Assembly: GCA_047495785.1 (NCBI GenBank)
Contig: JBLDXI010000054.1
Location: forward strand, 496,001-560,000
Length of the DNA: 64,000 bases
Source of the DNA: Lepidodermella squamata
Taxonomy: Eukaryota > Animalia > Gastrotricha
Direction of reading: 5' to 3'
Every line of letters begins with the position of its first letter. Position 1 is the first letter of the stretch. The notes under the pieces were generated by a model that was not told the origin of the DNA, made no database searches, and saw only the letters and a list, made by a program, of their open reading frames with translations. This document shows, in pieces, positions 24,305 to 37,517 of this stretch. Both the position numbers and the translations under genes were made by a program.

Positions 24305-24854
24305 CAGAAAATTTAATATTCAATCGCAGATATTTAGATCATAAAAGATGTAAAAGTCAATTATCGGAAGGCTCGTATTTTTGTTGAAAATCGCCTTTCT
24401 ATTTATTGAAGTAGTGTGGATGATGTTTTTACGTCTCTGGGTACATGCAATATTGAGCTAGTCCGACTTTTCCCAAGTCAATCGATCAACAAAGCTACCC
24501 AACGCGGTATTATCGTCAACAAAAACGTGTTGCTAATTAGTCTGGTGCATAAATTAAGGCATTATTTTGTAGAAACCAACCGGTTAAAGATTTTTTTATG
24601 CCTGAAAAACGTGTTGCTAACGTGTCGTCAATACACATGTTTGACTGCTTCTCCCAATTTTTTCTCCTTAATTTCCAGTGGCTCATATTTTTTAATCTCG
24701 GCTTTTACGCGCTGAAAAATCGAAAGAAAAACCGAGCCCATCATAATTTATTAATTATACTCAAACCTCCATATTTGGATGCGTTCGATAATTCTCAGAA
24801 CGCTATTCCTTCAGGACTGCTTGGTACCGATGTATTCGTTCAGTAATTCAGATA

Positions 24855-25779
24855 CACTAGGTGGACAAAAAGATTAATACGGTACCAGCAATTATATTTG
24901 GGCGGCGTAGTTCTAGTAGGGATTCTTCTTTCATTCGGTAAATGACGATTCCTTATTCAGTTTTTTGCGCTCTATCTGCTGATATGCGACTCGAATATGT
25001 CCGGCTTTTCCGTTGGTCAAAAAGTTGGCAATTTACTTTTGCCAAATACCCTGTTTACCCCCATTTCAGCAGTTGTGAGAGGGGCTGGGCGATAGTAACA
25101 AGCAGCAACCCGCCTTGAAACAGCTGGGAATGTTGGAACTAGGCTTTTACTCGACAACACCAATACCAAGCAATCCTTGTTGTAGCTATTTTTGTAAAAA
25201 ACGCCCATTTGCCGGTGAGGGCGGTAAACCACGAGGGGTGGGACGAAACAGGGGGCTGATTTAGTTCGAATTGTGGGCTAGCGGAGCAAAAAATCTTTAG
25301 AAGTATGCTTAACCGTCACGGACAAGCATGTCTCAATGATTATGGGGACTCATTTTTCCCCTAAAACTTCCCTTATCGTCCCATCTTTAAGGGGTACCAT
25401 AAAGCCTCACCCTTTAATTGCATAAAATACCGCTCCTCAGTGAGTTACAGCCGTTGCAGGTGCCTCAAAATAACTAGAAGTGTAGGGTTCATACCCGCCT
25501 TGCATTTGCAGGTGATTTTTGACATGAGAAAATTTTCAGCTGGTGCCCAGCGCCTCACGAAACTGCTAAAATAGGGGTAAACAGGGAATTTGACAGAAGT
25601 CAGTTGTCAAACTTTTGACCAATGAAAGAGCTGGGCATACTCGAGTCGTATATCAGCAGATAGAAGGTAAAAAACTGAGTTAGACATGTCATTTACCGAA
25701 CGAAAGGGGAATGTCACCGATAATTATGCCATCCAAATATGATTTCAGGTACCGTATTAATCTTTTTGTCCACCTAGTG
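24855..25779. mobile_element. Tc1/mariner-type non-autonomous fold-back element
   Basis: TIR CACTAGGTGGACAAAAAGATTAATACGGTACC at both ends, TA flanks at 24853-24854 and 25780-25781, long imperfect inner arms (25017 vs 25570-25620). Confidence 0.9.
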
Positions 25780-26347
25780 TATATTTTGGCCATACCTAAA
25801 TATGATGAGCAATAAGGAAGCACAAACTGCATGTTGATTAGCGCCGAGCACCTTCAGGCTAGGTTTTTCATTGCCACAGGCAGTGCTTTGGATTATATTT
25901 TTTTTTAGACTCTACTTTCACTTTCACATTTGAAATGATTGATTTACGCGGGGAAGCATTTTGATTTGATTGATTGTGATTCAGCCTTGGCGAAGCAATC
26001 GAAGAACTTGATTTCAAATTCGCCGTTATTTTATTAATTTCCTGCCATTCCGAAGCCCTCAGCTTCCTGAAAATCCCGATGTTTCGTGTTTCGCGATCTG
26101 TTGTGATTTATGAATGTCGATGATTTGATTTGATTGATTTAGTCCTGGAAAATTAGGACAATGATTTATTTCGATTGATTGAAGGTTGAAGGAGGTCCGT
26201 GATTTAAGCTGTAAATCAAATCAATTCAATCTAAAGCCCCGGCCGCTCGCTCTTCTCCGTTAATCGCTCTAAAATGACCAAACGAACCTTTCGTTTGTGA
26301 ACGAAGGCGCCCGTATGCGTAAAACAGCCGCTTTTTACTCATCACCC

Positions 26348-26609
26348 TGTACATTCATGTGTACGCATTTAATAGTATTTTGTAGTCTAATATATTCTTG
26401 TACACGCGCATCTATGCGAATATAACTGTAAATTCTAAATTAATTTAGAATTTACAGTTATATTTACAGTTTAGTTTAGATTTACAGTTATATTCGCATA
26501 GATGTGCGTGTACAAGACTATATTAGACGTGTGTAAACAGTACGCGAGTGAGGAAAGCGCGCGCATTTGCCGCAGGTTTTTCATAGTGCGCGAGTTCTGA
26601 AACAGCCTG
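26348..26609. repeat. Rearranged inverted copy of the terminus of the 26703 element with an internal hairpin
   Basis: 26531-26609 is the reverse complement of 26703-26781; hairpin arms near 26383-26425 and 26487-26528; 32-bp perfect palindrome CTGTAAATTCTAAATTAATTTAGAATTTACAG at 26426-26457. Confidence 0.75.
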
Positions 26610-26702
26610 TTTTTTTCTGAATTCAATTTATATTTGTCTATTAGTCACCAACATACAATAACAATACAATGAAATAACTTCCCGCCTGTCGAACAAGATA
26701 TA

Positions 26703-29700
26703 CAGGGTGTTTCAGAACTCGCGCACTATGAATAACCTGCGGCAAATGCGCGCGCTTTCCTTACTCGCGCACTGTTTACACTTATATTCACATAGATGCG
26801 CGTGCACTAGACTATACTAGGCTATACAATATGCGTACACATGAATGTACAGCACACATAATAGCACTGCCGTAGCTATTTTCTGGCGAAAACCTTCGAG
26901 CCTTGATAAATTTGAGCTAAATTTCTATAAGTAACTTGTTTATTTCGAGGATGATGTCATGTTTTCCTGGAAAATGCTGATTGATTGGGCTCTCAAAGTG
27001 AAGGTTTCGAAAGAATTTCCCCTTTTACGTGGCTGGATATTTCAGAAACTCATGATTTCTGAGAAAATTCTGGTTTGACTTGATGTTGAATTTGTCGATA
27101 AATCGTCGATTGATTAGTCTCCTGCATTTGCATTGAAATTTCTTTCACGTTTCATGAATACAAGGCCCCGACTGCACAAGTTGAGAAAAAATGACGTAGT
27201 TTAAACCACTGGCGAATGTTCTACATCGAGTAAGGACAGGAAATCAAGGTTTGCAGTTCATTACGCGGAATTAACGTAGCAGTCTGATTTCGTGCATAAC
27301 TATGCGAAATTTCCACAAAATTAATGCCATGAAATCTAGGACAAAATGATGAAGGATAAAGAAATAAAAATTCGTGGCTGGAATTCTTAAAATATTCTGA
27401 AAACCCCAGAAAAAGAGAAAAATTGGCGTTTTCCAGCCTTCAGTCTCCTGCATCTCCGAAAAACCGAGGATGGTAATTGCATTTTTTCATTTCATTAAAC
27501 AGCCCAAGGGCTGCTCTACACGGCTGGTCAGAAGCGCCGAAAGTCTAACCACGTGAATCGCAAGGGGACGCAAGTCAAATTTCACAAAAAGGGTCGTAAA
27601 GAGGCCTTTTTGGTGAAAACGGGTCATCTTTGCGACCCTCCTTCTAGGAATCCCGTGGATGAATTCTTGATTTCTTGATATCTTCAGATAGCCCAAGATG
27701 TGCTCTACTATTCTGTCTGGTCGCGCCGAAAGTCTATCCACGGGATTCTTAACGAAATGCATGTCAAATGTCGCAATAATAACGTGGTAGAGAGGCAGTT
27801 TCCGGCTGCCAACGGGTCATCTTTGCGACCCTCCTTCTAGGAATCCCGTGGATGAATTCTTGATTTCTTGATATCTTCAGATAGCCCAAGATGTGCTCTA
27901 CTATTCTGTCTGGTCGCGCCGAAAGTCTATCCACGGGATTCTTAACGAAATGCATGTCAAATGTCGCAATAATAACGTGGTAGAGAGGCAGTTTCCGGCT
28001 GCCAACGGGTCATCTTTGCGACCCTCCTTCTAGGAATCCCGTGGATGAATTCTTGATTTCTTGATATCTTCAGATAGCCCAAGATGTGCTCTACTATTCT
28101 GTCTGGTCGCGCCGAAAGTCTATCCACGGGATTCTTAACGAAATGCATGTCAAATGTCGCAATAATAACGTGGTAGAGAGGCAGTTTCCGGCTGCCAACG
28201 GGTCATCTTTGCGACCCTCCTTCTAGGAATCCCGTGGATGAATTCTTGATTTCTTGATATCTTCAGATAGCCCAAGATGTGCTCTACTATTCTGTCTGGT
28301 CGCGCCGAAAGCCTATCCACGGAATTTGCAAAGAGACGAAAGTCAAATAATACAAAAAAACGTCGTAGAGTGGCCGTTTTTCGGCTGAAATGGGGTCAAC
28401 TTGGCGATCCTCTCTCTAGAAAACCCGTGGATGGAATTTTGATATCTTGGCATCGTTAGATAACCTGATAGCTACTCTACAAGGCTGGTCGTAAGCGCCG
28501 AAAGTCTATCCACAGAAATTGCGAGGGGACACAAGTCAAATGTCGCGATAGAGAGGCTGCTATTTGGGCCAACTTGGCGGCGTTTCTTCTCAACAACCCG
28601 TCGATAAATTGTTGATTTCTTGCTATCGTTAGATAGCCCAAGATGTGCTCTACAAAGCTGGTCCAAACCGCCGAAAGTCTAACCACGGGAATCACAAAGG
28701 GGCGCAAGTCAAATGTCGCAGTAAGGCCGCTTTTGGCTGAAATCGGATAAACTCAACGGCCCTCTTTCTTGAAAGCACGTGAATGGAGTTATTATTTCTT
28801 GGCATCGTTAGATAGCCTAAAACCTAATCCACAAGGCTGGTTGGAAGCGCCGAAAGTCTATCGTGGGATTGCTTTCATTAGAGTGATTACAAATGAATTC
28901 AAATTTTTGAAGTCAAACCCACTAGTTGAAATAATTTTCATAATATCTGTTTTGCAAATTCGAAATTAACTAATAGCCGCATTAGGAAACTGTCCGCTTT
29001 GAGATTTTCTTCATCGGTCAAACGGCTTCCTAGATATTATTTTGCAAGAGGACGGCTTAATTCTTAGCGATATTCCCATTTCTGACTGCAGTAGCATTAC
29101 AGTATTATCGTGTTTGATATGCGTATGGCGCATATATCCGCTTGCATGCAATATAAAACGTATAACGCCATAACTGCACATTGTGTACGCATTACATTTC
29201 GTACACTCATAGCGGTGGTTGCGCTAACGATACCAGGAGTTACTAATTTCGCCCAGCGGTTAGGAGCAGACTGGATCGAATGTCCTAGGCGAAAAATTTG
29301 CGAAGATAGTCGTTTTTATACTACTTTTGTGACATTTCTACATGAGATTCACCGTGGAAAGAACCGTTTGCTTAGTTCCCATCTGTAGGGCGTTTCCAGT
29401 GCTGTCCAACGATACCAAGGTATCAAAAATCCACCCAGTGGTTACAGCCGTTGATGGACCGAATGTCACCCGGTTGAGGGAAAAGTTGCATGTCGTGCAT
29501 ATCGTAGTATCGCCATTCCAAGACATTTTAAATTAGAAATCGTAATATGTGCGAGCGAATCGAGCTTAAATTTATTGCGGAATTATCCGCTGGCGAGACT
29601 CTAAGAAATTGATTCAAATCAAATTTTCCGCATGTGGTCTATCCTGTAGAGCAGGTCTTGAGCTGTTTAATGCAGTGGTTTTCAAATCCGGCCGCATACG

Positions 29701-31485
29701 GCCGGCAGAGGTCTGCCTATCTCTTGCATTGCGTGCGGCCGGTCGAAGGCATTAGTCCGGGATTTCACAAAATACAAAATGTGTACAAATTTCGAGCAAA
29801 ATTCCACGTATCCGGATGAAAAATAACCACAATTTTCAGAAATCTTCCCTATAAACTCGAAAACTCCGGTAAGGTCCTATTTTATCATTTCGAGCGGCCG
29901 GTTGAGGGTTCAAGAGGCAAAGCAGCCGGAAAGGTCGCCAGCCGACCGCCGTTTTTAGCCGGGACCCAGGAGTGTTAAGTCCACGGGGGACCAATGTCAT
30001 CCGGTTTGCGGGGAAATGTCCAGTTCACATCACACGTCGACAATATTTCGGGCCTCTTGCTTTGATGAACAAGCCTTGTAGAGCATGCGTTTGGCGTCTA
30101 ACGATACCAAGAAATCGTGAATCGACCAAGAAAAACAACCGTTCACATTCCCTGTGATACGGCTAAAGTTTTTCGAGCAGAAAAATCTAGGTTTGTTGAG
30201 AGTGTTTCGGGCTCTCTAACAGTAGCAAGAAATCGTAAATTCGCCTATTAGTTACATGTCCTTGAGTGCCCAAATGTCGCCAGGTTTGCCAGGCGAGTTA
30301 CCAGCTATGTAGAACAGGACGTTGGCTATCCAACAATACCAAGAAATCAAAAATCGATCCAGTGGTTCAAGCATTGTGACACCAAAATTGCGTCTCAAGA
30401 AAAATCTGAAAATCAGAACTTGTCGCTCTTGCAGCAAAACCTGCTGATTTTTCGTCTACTGTCCTCATTTACCAAACTATCCTCGAATACAAAAGTTCAG
30501 CCTACTATAAGACCTATTACTTTAGGCTGGTCTATTGTTAGATTAGATCTATCGACGCAATTTCGACGTCACTATGAATTTCCCCGAGAGAGTGAATGTC
30601 ACTCGGTTTGAGACAAAAACTACATTTTCGGCGCAGTTTTCCTTGCTGTTCTGAGACTTCATTAGCCGGCAGCTTTCAGGCGCACTGGTCCTATCCTGCG
30701 CAGAATTTTCAATGCATTCTAGCATTATAAAAAATTCGAATTTCCAGCCGATTAAAGCTTGATGACGTTCAAAGACTCTAAATGTATGATTTTGACTATT
30801 TTTAGAGATTTATGGGATCGTTGCAGATAACCCAGCCACAATAATTTTGTTCTCACCCTTGAGATTCATTCTCCTGATCCTCAACTCTTATTTTCAGCGG
30901 AAAAACTGCATCATCATCCCCGAAATTAACATGCTACACTAATTAATAACTCAATGCTGGAAAACTTAAATATCCCTCATTTTTTGAGCTGTAAAACAAG
31001 CCATCGCTTGAACTCATCTCATTTTGCCGTTATCTGGCGCCTTCAATGTTTCTCATCGTTTCAACATTTTACTGAACTGCCATCTAAAGGTGTCATACTA
31101 ATTATTCAGCTGCTCAGCGACGAATGTAAGCAACAAATCAAGTCCAATCGTCCCTTAAAAACTCGGTTTTTTCAAAGACCAGCCAATCAATAAATTGATT
31201 CTCTGGCAATCAGTTAATCAAGGGCCATGGCAAACGATAGTCTCAGAAAAAACCACGAAAATCAGAAAATCTTTCGTAAAAACCACGTCAAATTATTTAT
31301 GGTCGAAGAATAACGTGAAAAAGCTATGCTGTAGTACTGATATGTGCCTGCAGTACATTCATGTTTAGTGTGCAGTGGTACTATGTATACTGTGTTGTGG
31401 GGTGTAAACAAAACAATGCGCGCGCTTTTCCCCGCGCGCGCATTTGCCGCAGGTTTTTAGTGTGCGCCATATCTGAAACACCCTG
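26703..31485. mobile_element. Large non-autonomous TA-flanked TIR element (CAGGGTGTTTCAGA ends) carrying a 193-bp tandem array
   Basis: TA|CAGGGTGTTTCAGA...AACCTGCGGCAAATGCGCGCG at left, its imperfect reverse complement ending CACCCTG|TA at right; no transposase ORF seen. Confidence 0.7.
27500..28870. repeat. 193-bp tandem repeat array (near-identical core ~27620-28320, diverged flanking units)
   Basis: Identical units begin at 27764, 27957 and 28150; GCCGAAAGTCTA recurs through 28860. Confidence 0.95.
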
Positions 31486-31487
31486 TA

Positions 31488-32350
31488 CAAAGTGACATAG
31501 ATGGCACGCGGTTGCGAGACGACATGCGCTTGCCGGCGGCGGTGCGCCGAGGACGCTAGTGGGCGAGCTAAAGGAATATTTATCGTCTACAGATGAATAG
31601 ATGGAGTGGATTAATCAGAGATAGAGGAGTGCAGCTAGAAAAAAAGAGAAAAGAAAGGAAAAGAGTAACCATGATCATAGAAAGACGGAAGAGACGCGGA
31701 TCACACACCGAAGGTGGGCAGAGGGCAGAGAAGCCTGCTGGCGATCAGGGCCAGCGGAGACCGGGGCACCGGGTTCGCAGGGAGGCGTAGTTGCTCGACA
31801 GCTTCGCGGATCGGGAGGACAAAGCGTTGTCGGCGTAACGGCGCTGCGTCTGTTCAAAGAAACGCGGGAGACTTGGGACACCGGCGCGACGTTCGAGGCC
31901 CGAGACTCTGACGCGGTCATCGCGGCGGACGTTCGCTCAGTAGTGCCCGAAGGTAATCGTTCTGAAGGACATCAAGGCGCTTGAAGTGCCGCTTGGCTGC
32001 AGTGCTCAAGACGATGTTGCCATACATTGACGTGGTTCGAACAAGGCTCAGATACAATGCGCCACCGGCGAGAAAGGCGATAAATTGCGAGTGCAGCGGG
32101 TGATCACGCGGTCCATAAGGGCCTTCCAGGTCAACTGATAGCATTGAGATGGACACCAAGAATGCGCATGATTGGTACCTCGAGCCAACGAGAGTGAGTT
32201 GGGCGTCGTATCTGCGCCACGAATGGCATCACTTCATTCTTGGGTGCATTAAACCTTTTCCGCCAGTCATGGGCCCACGTTGATACCCGGTCGACCTCAG
32301 TCTGGGTAGCACGCTCAGCTTCTGGAAAATCCACCCTTTCACCGACAACG
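31488..32350 (-). mobile_element. Old, frameshifted 3' portion of a LINE related to the 56-kb element
   Basis: Fragments TQTEVDRVSTWAHDWRKRFN, RILGVHL, YLSLVRTTSMYGNIV, RLDVLQNDYLRALL match the young RT C-terminus; pyrimidine-rich 3' UTR and GCCGCCGGCAAGCGC motif conserved. Confidence 0.88.
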
Positions 32351-32920
32351 GTTAGGTAAATAAAGGCTGAATAAAGGCTTTGAAGGCTATGAACTGCCAA
32401 GCATTGCTCATCGCGATAATTGGAACGCATTGTTACCGATTTGAAATAACCCGCATTTTCGCTATCCGTCTAATAGTCACATTCAGACATTCGATTATAT
32501 TAAATCGGCTTCAAATTATCAGAGGATACTTACTACTAGTTTATTGAGTATTACATGAGAGAATCTTTAGGTACATTACATTCTGGAAAGAAAATGTAAA
32601 ATAAGACCAGAGAAATTATTGTCAAATTCCAAAGCTGTAATTAGTGCTTCCTGGGGCGTTTTGCATACCGTGAAAAAATAGACAGCTGACGTAAAATAAG
32701 CACACAGGCTGTCAAGCATGCCACAGAACTCGATGAATTCTTAAAATACTTGAGGAATTAATGAACAGAGATGTGATGGAAAAGGGTGGAAAAGAGTAGA
32801 GATCGAAAGGATGTCATCAAAGTAGTCGCAGAGGCGTAATTCCGGTTATCTGATCACTACGCCAATTTGATTATTCTGTATTTGCCTTAGTGGCATTGTT
32901 GCTGCATTACCAGAGTCCAG

Positions 32921-35900
32921 TCATGGGCGAATAATGTTGAAATCGGCGCAAAAATCGTAACATTTATTGTCTCGAATACAGCCGCAATTTCGCTCTTCAA
33001 ATGATTAAGAGCGTGACTATCATCGAAAACATCTACAGCATGATTCACTCACTGTATTGGCATCTCGGCGGCTTGTATGGAGGGATGCAGGTGCACTGAT
33101 CTGGCGCTGTGCATGATCCGCCACTCATGCACGGTTCGGCGCATATGGCTAAATTTTAACAAATAATCCGCTGAAGCAAATCGATCCGATTAATAATAGG
33201 ATATTTAACCTTTATCGCAAGCTTCGCCGGTGTAACCAGGCTTGCATGTACATTTGTAATTCAAAGCGTTCGTTAGCGAAGCAGTGCATGTATTCGGCAG
33301 GCAGTTGGGAGAGCACGTTATTTCTGTGAGAAAGAATAACGTCCATTGAGTGGAATCAGCGATTGTTAACTCTTACGGTTTATGAGTTCGCATTGATCTC
33401 TCAGCTTCAAAAGTTGAACATTGTCTAGGGCTTCTCGGTGGAAGGAGAAGCAGGCCACGTCAATTACGGCGTAGTAGAATGGGCTGGCTAGTCTATGGAA
33501 AAAAATAACCGTCAGCCTTCACAGGGGTGGGGAGGGGGAGCAAGAAAGTTTGCTGCATGTTCCCTCATCTTTCTTTAGTGAGTAACATTTTACCACGAGT
33601 TCTGAGTTATAACATTACGGAAAAATTGCTTTAAGATCTCATTTAAACCTATTTTATACCATATTTAATAAAATTATGAGCTCCTGAATTTTCATGATGC
33701 AGAATTAACCCTCTGTTTACCCCGATCCTTCTATTGAAATAGAATACGTCGTCTTACCGTCTTCCAAGCGTAATCTGCGGAGTGGTTACAACGGCCCGAT
33801 TGCTAAAACCCATGAAATATGACTTGTCGCAAAATACAATCGAAGAATTTGTTGCACTGTTATAAGCCAAAGCCACGAACTGCCATTCGGCTAGAACGCA
33901 AGGAAGTGAGTTCCTGGGCGAAGATGAAAGGTACCATTGCACATGAGTGGAATTAAATTGCCAGGACCCTGCTCCAGCCAGTGTCGTATTTACATACCCA
34001 AACAACGCACAGTTGCTCTTCGGGCAGTATGATTTAATCCACAAAGCCATTGTCCAAGAAGTAGTCAAATCGAACGCATCGCTGGAGAAGGAAACAAAAC
34101 TTTCGTTGCCCACTTTGTTTACCGCTTTGGCGCCTGCATCCGAGTTACCGAACGGGCCGCTGACATCGAAAGACGTCCCATTGAATACTGCAGGTATTGG
34201 ACCGTACTTAGAACCACTAATATCGCGATCCGTCCAAAGTCCATTCAGCGGCCAGTAACCCACGATATAGGGAAAATAATTTGCGATGTTACTTCTAAGT
34301 TGTTCAACAATGCTGGCTGCGGCTGGGCTTGAAACCGGGCCGGTTGCTGAGATAAGATCGAGTGAACACGCGCGAAAAATAGTCATACTACTCACAGTTT
34401 TGGCAGGAACTACCGGTGTAGCCAGCTTTGCAGGTACATGAATAGCCTTCGCTTTTAGTCACGTCACCAGTACAAGTAGCTGGGTCACAATTGACGGAAC
34501 ATGTGATAGCTGTGATTAAAAATATCATTCAATCATTTTAAATGTCATTTAAATGAATCGATTGAAATAGGTTTCTTGCTCAAAAATAGCAAATTTTTTA
34601 CCGTTTGATAAACATTATTCTTCCGAATTTTTGTTAACGCGCGTGTTCACGAGTTTGTAGCTTTTTCCAACAGGAACCCCATTCTTAATTTAATTCTAAA
34701 TTTAATCTAATTTTGATATAAAAACCGCCTGGAAATGGAGGCCCAGATATGTGCAAGTGAATAGCGATTACACTCGAAGAAGTTTTGCTGGAGGAAATGC
34801 AACGTGCGAAGTACAAATGTGCTTGGATGTCGCGACATCCCAGCTCCTGGACTCCATTCAGGGGAAAGCTGAGAAAAACCAAAGTGGGGGCCCTGTGGAT
34901 TCTTCGGCTGGGGGCTAGAAAACACCTCAGCTCATGGATCCTACTTCGCACACTGAGGAAATATGGACAGAAGATGATGGAGTTTTTAGACATACATAGA
35001 TAATATACGCGTGATTAGGCATTGGAGAAGCATTGTCCACTTTTTAGCGGACCTAACCAACCGAAACCCGATACAACTTAATAGACGCAAACCCAAGTCA
35101 TAAATAAAACCTCACTGTTTATAACTTGACACTGCCGTTTCAAGGTGATCATTTGGTCGCTAGTCAGGGCAGCTCTGTGATAGGAAAAACAGGCAACGTT
35201 CATTGGAGCGAATAGCAAAGTCTGCATGGTCGGCGTATTCAATCTGAAAGAATCAAAAGTTATAATTTCAAACATTTTTTTTCGGAGAAAATAACACCGA
35301 GCAGTAACTTTGCGGATCAGGGGGACGAAATTTTTCAGGGAATGTTGTTCAATCTACAATTCCAGTTATATCGGATCAAAGAACAAGTTTTGATTTTTCG
35401 TTCATTGATTTTTTAGAAAATCCTTTATGGAGTAGATATGGTGTTCTCGCGTGAGAAAATTAATGGGAACATGGGAACACGCGCAATATAAATTCCGAGC
35501 GGTAAGAACTTGTCACTGAGGAAGCTGGGCGCTTTGTCTCTTGAAGCCTAATGCATACCTTTTCCCGACGGTGATTGTGGCTCCTGTCAAGGCTGAAGCA
35601 TTACTAAAGCCGCCCACGATAGTTTCGTCGCAAGCTACGGTTGAAGAGTTCGTCTGAGAGTTGTAGGATAACGCCATGAACTGCCAAACATTGCTCAGAG
35701 GGCAAATGATATTAACAGCTATTGGAGCTACTGCTGAACCTATTGGATAATGTACCAAAGCCGACTCGTTAAGCTGCCAAAATCCGGCTCCCCAGTCAGA
35801 GCCGGTGAAGTATTCGAGCAACGGACAGTTTTTGGTCACGCAACCTGACTTCATCCAAATGCCGATAGTCCACGAGTGATTGCCGTTGAAAGCTGAACTG

Positions 35901-36187
35901 CTATTGAAGCTCAGGAAGCTATAGCCATCATAATTTTGATTCAAAGCTTTAGAGCTCGCATTTGTTGAACCGAAAGGTCCAGGTGAGTCAAATAGTGTTC
36001 CGTTCGGTGAGGCTAAAATTCCATATGAAGACCCGCTAACATCTCGCATGCCCCACAGTGAATTCAGAGGCCAGTAGCCGACGATATTCGGCGAGGCGAT
36101 GTTATCTCTGAGTTGTTGCAAAACCGTAGATTGGGCCAAAAATGTTTGGCACAGATGGACGAATATGAATAATTTCAGTAAATCCAT
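32921..36187 (-). CDS. LamG-like/EGF family copy B, intact: signal peptide-LamG-EGF-LamG-EGF-EGF-Cys-rich tail (8 exons)
   Basis: MDLLKLFIFVHLCQTFLA signal; two IVGYWPLN..D.SG..NGT.FD..GPFG..SWT..W.KS.C..WQF.AL.Y domains (ConA-like/LamG_3 pattern); EGF motifs CTCKxGYTGxxC; junctions GT-AG and in frame; ends KRNCGCIRDNKCYDFCADFNIIRP*. Confidence 0.85.
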
Positions 36188-37517
36188 TTTTTATACAAGG
36201 TTGCGGTATTTTCTCTAAACAAATTACCCCTGCGGCAGCCTTATGTCTGAGATGAATGATTTCCCAAAAAATTGTCTTTATTCAGTATTATCGGTTGGAT
36301 TGTGTTTAATTTAGTCTGCTCTGCCCCACTTTCCTCCAGCGCTAAAATAGCGCTAGACGAATCGAATATCGCATTTATGAATGTTACGCTGACAAACAAA
36401 CGTGTTGCTACCAAGTCGTCAAAACAAAGCAGTTCAGCTGGATCCTTTTTGCAAATTACGTATTGGGCTTTCTGCTGTTTTATCGTTAACAGTTGAAAAT
36501 ATTTCTTTCCTGCAATTTGGACCTCTACGTCTGAGAATATTGTCTCGTATCAGTTTTTCGGGTCCTGTATAATAATTATAAAGCGTTTATTTTATGTGTC
36601 GCTTTTCCCAAATTTATGTTCGAATAAGGCAAAAATCGAAAACGAGTTGCTAACGAGTCGTCAAAACAATGAAAACAAAGTCTGCTTCGAAGTCTACACT
36701 CGGTATCCTTGTCGTATTTTGGTGGCAGGGGCAATAAGTTTGGTGCGCACGCGTAAAATTTTAATCAAATTTAATCAGCGTCGAGGCCTTTCGCCAAGCC
36801 TCGGCAAGTTTGATGAATCTATATGCTTTACGGTTGAAATTATGCAGCCGTTATACTATAACTTCAACTTTCGATTTCTGGCAGGCGGAGGCTGTAGCGT
36901 GCATAGTGCGTAGCATCGCCGTTTCTCGTCACCTCTCACAGAATTTTGCGGATGCGCTACTTGTCAATCTTCATGGATCAATTTATTTAATCGCAATATT
37001 TCTTTCACAACTGTGCCAGCTTGGCTAGTATGATCATAAAATCTTATACTTGTATGGTATAACATGAGTAAAAAGTTCATATCTGAACGGAGCCGACCAA
37101 GATTTACGAAGCGAAACGAGCGGAGGCGAGTTGAGATGAGTAAATCGAGTGCGGCGAATTTTATACCGTAAAATATCGAATTGTCATAGCGACTCGACCT
37201 ATATTTTTGACGACAATTCTATATTTGTATGATATAACATGAGTAGGAATCTATATTTGAGTGAAGCACGAAATATAGATCGAGTAAAACGAATGAAACG
37301 AGTGAAATCGAGGCGGAACGAGCCGGCAGGCGAGTGGAGACGAGATTTCACGAGGTGAATGAGTTTTACGAGATCTATACGAGTGCTTCACGAAAATATA
37401 GGTTTCTACGAATGTTGTATCGTAAAATATTACACGGTGTCTATATTTTTCGCAACGCAAAATAAAAAATAATAAAAAATCCAACTTAAAATTTCATTGA
37501 AAAATGGCTTTCTTTTA

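Noticed and set aside
27500-28870. CRISPR-like array or repeated 63-aa ORFs
   Set aside because: Whole 193-bp units repeat with no unique spacers; eukaryotic context, no cas genes; the ORFs are by-products of the repeat.
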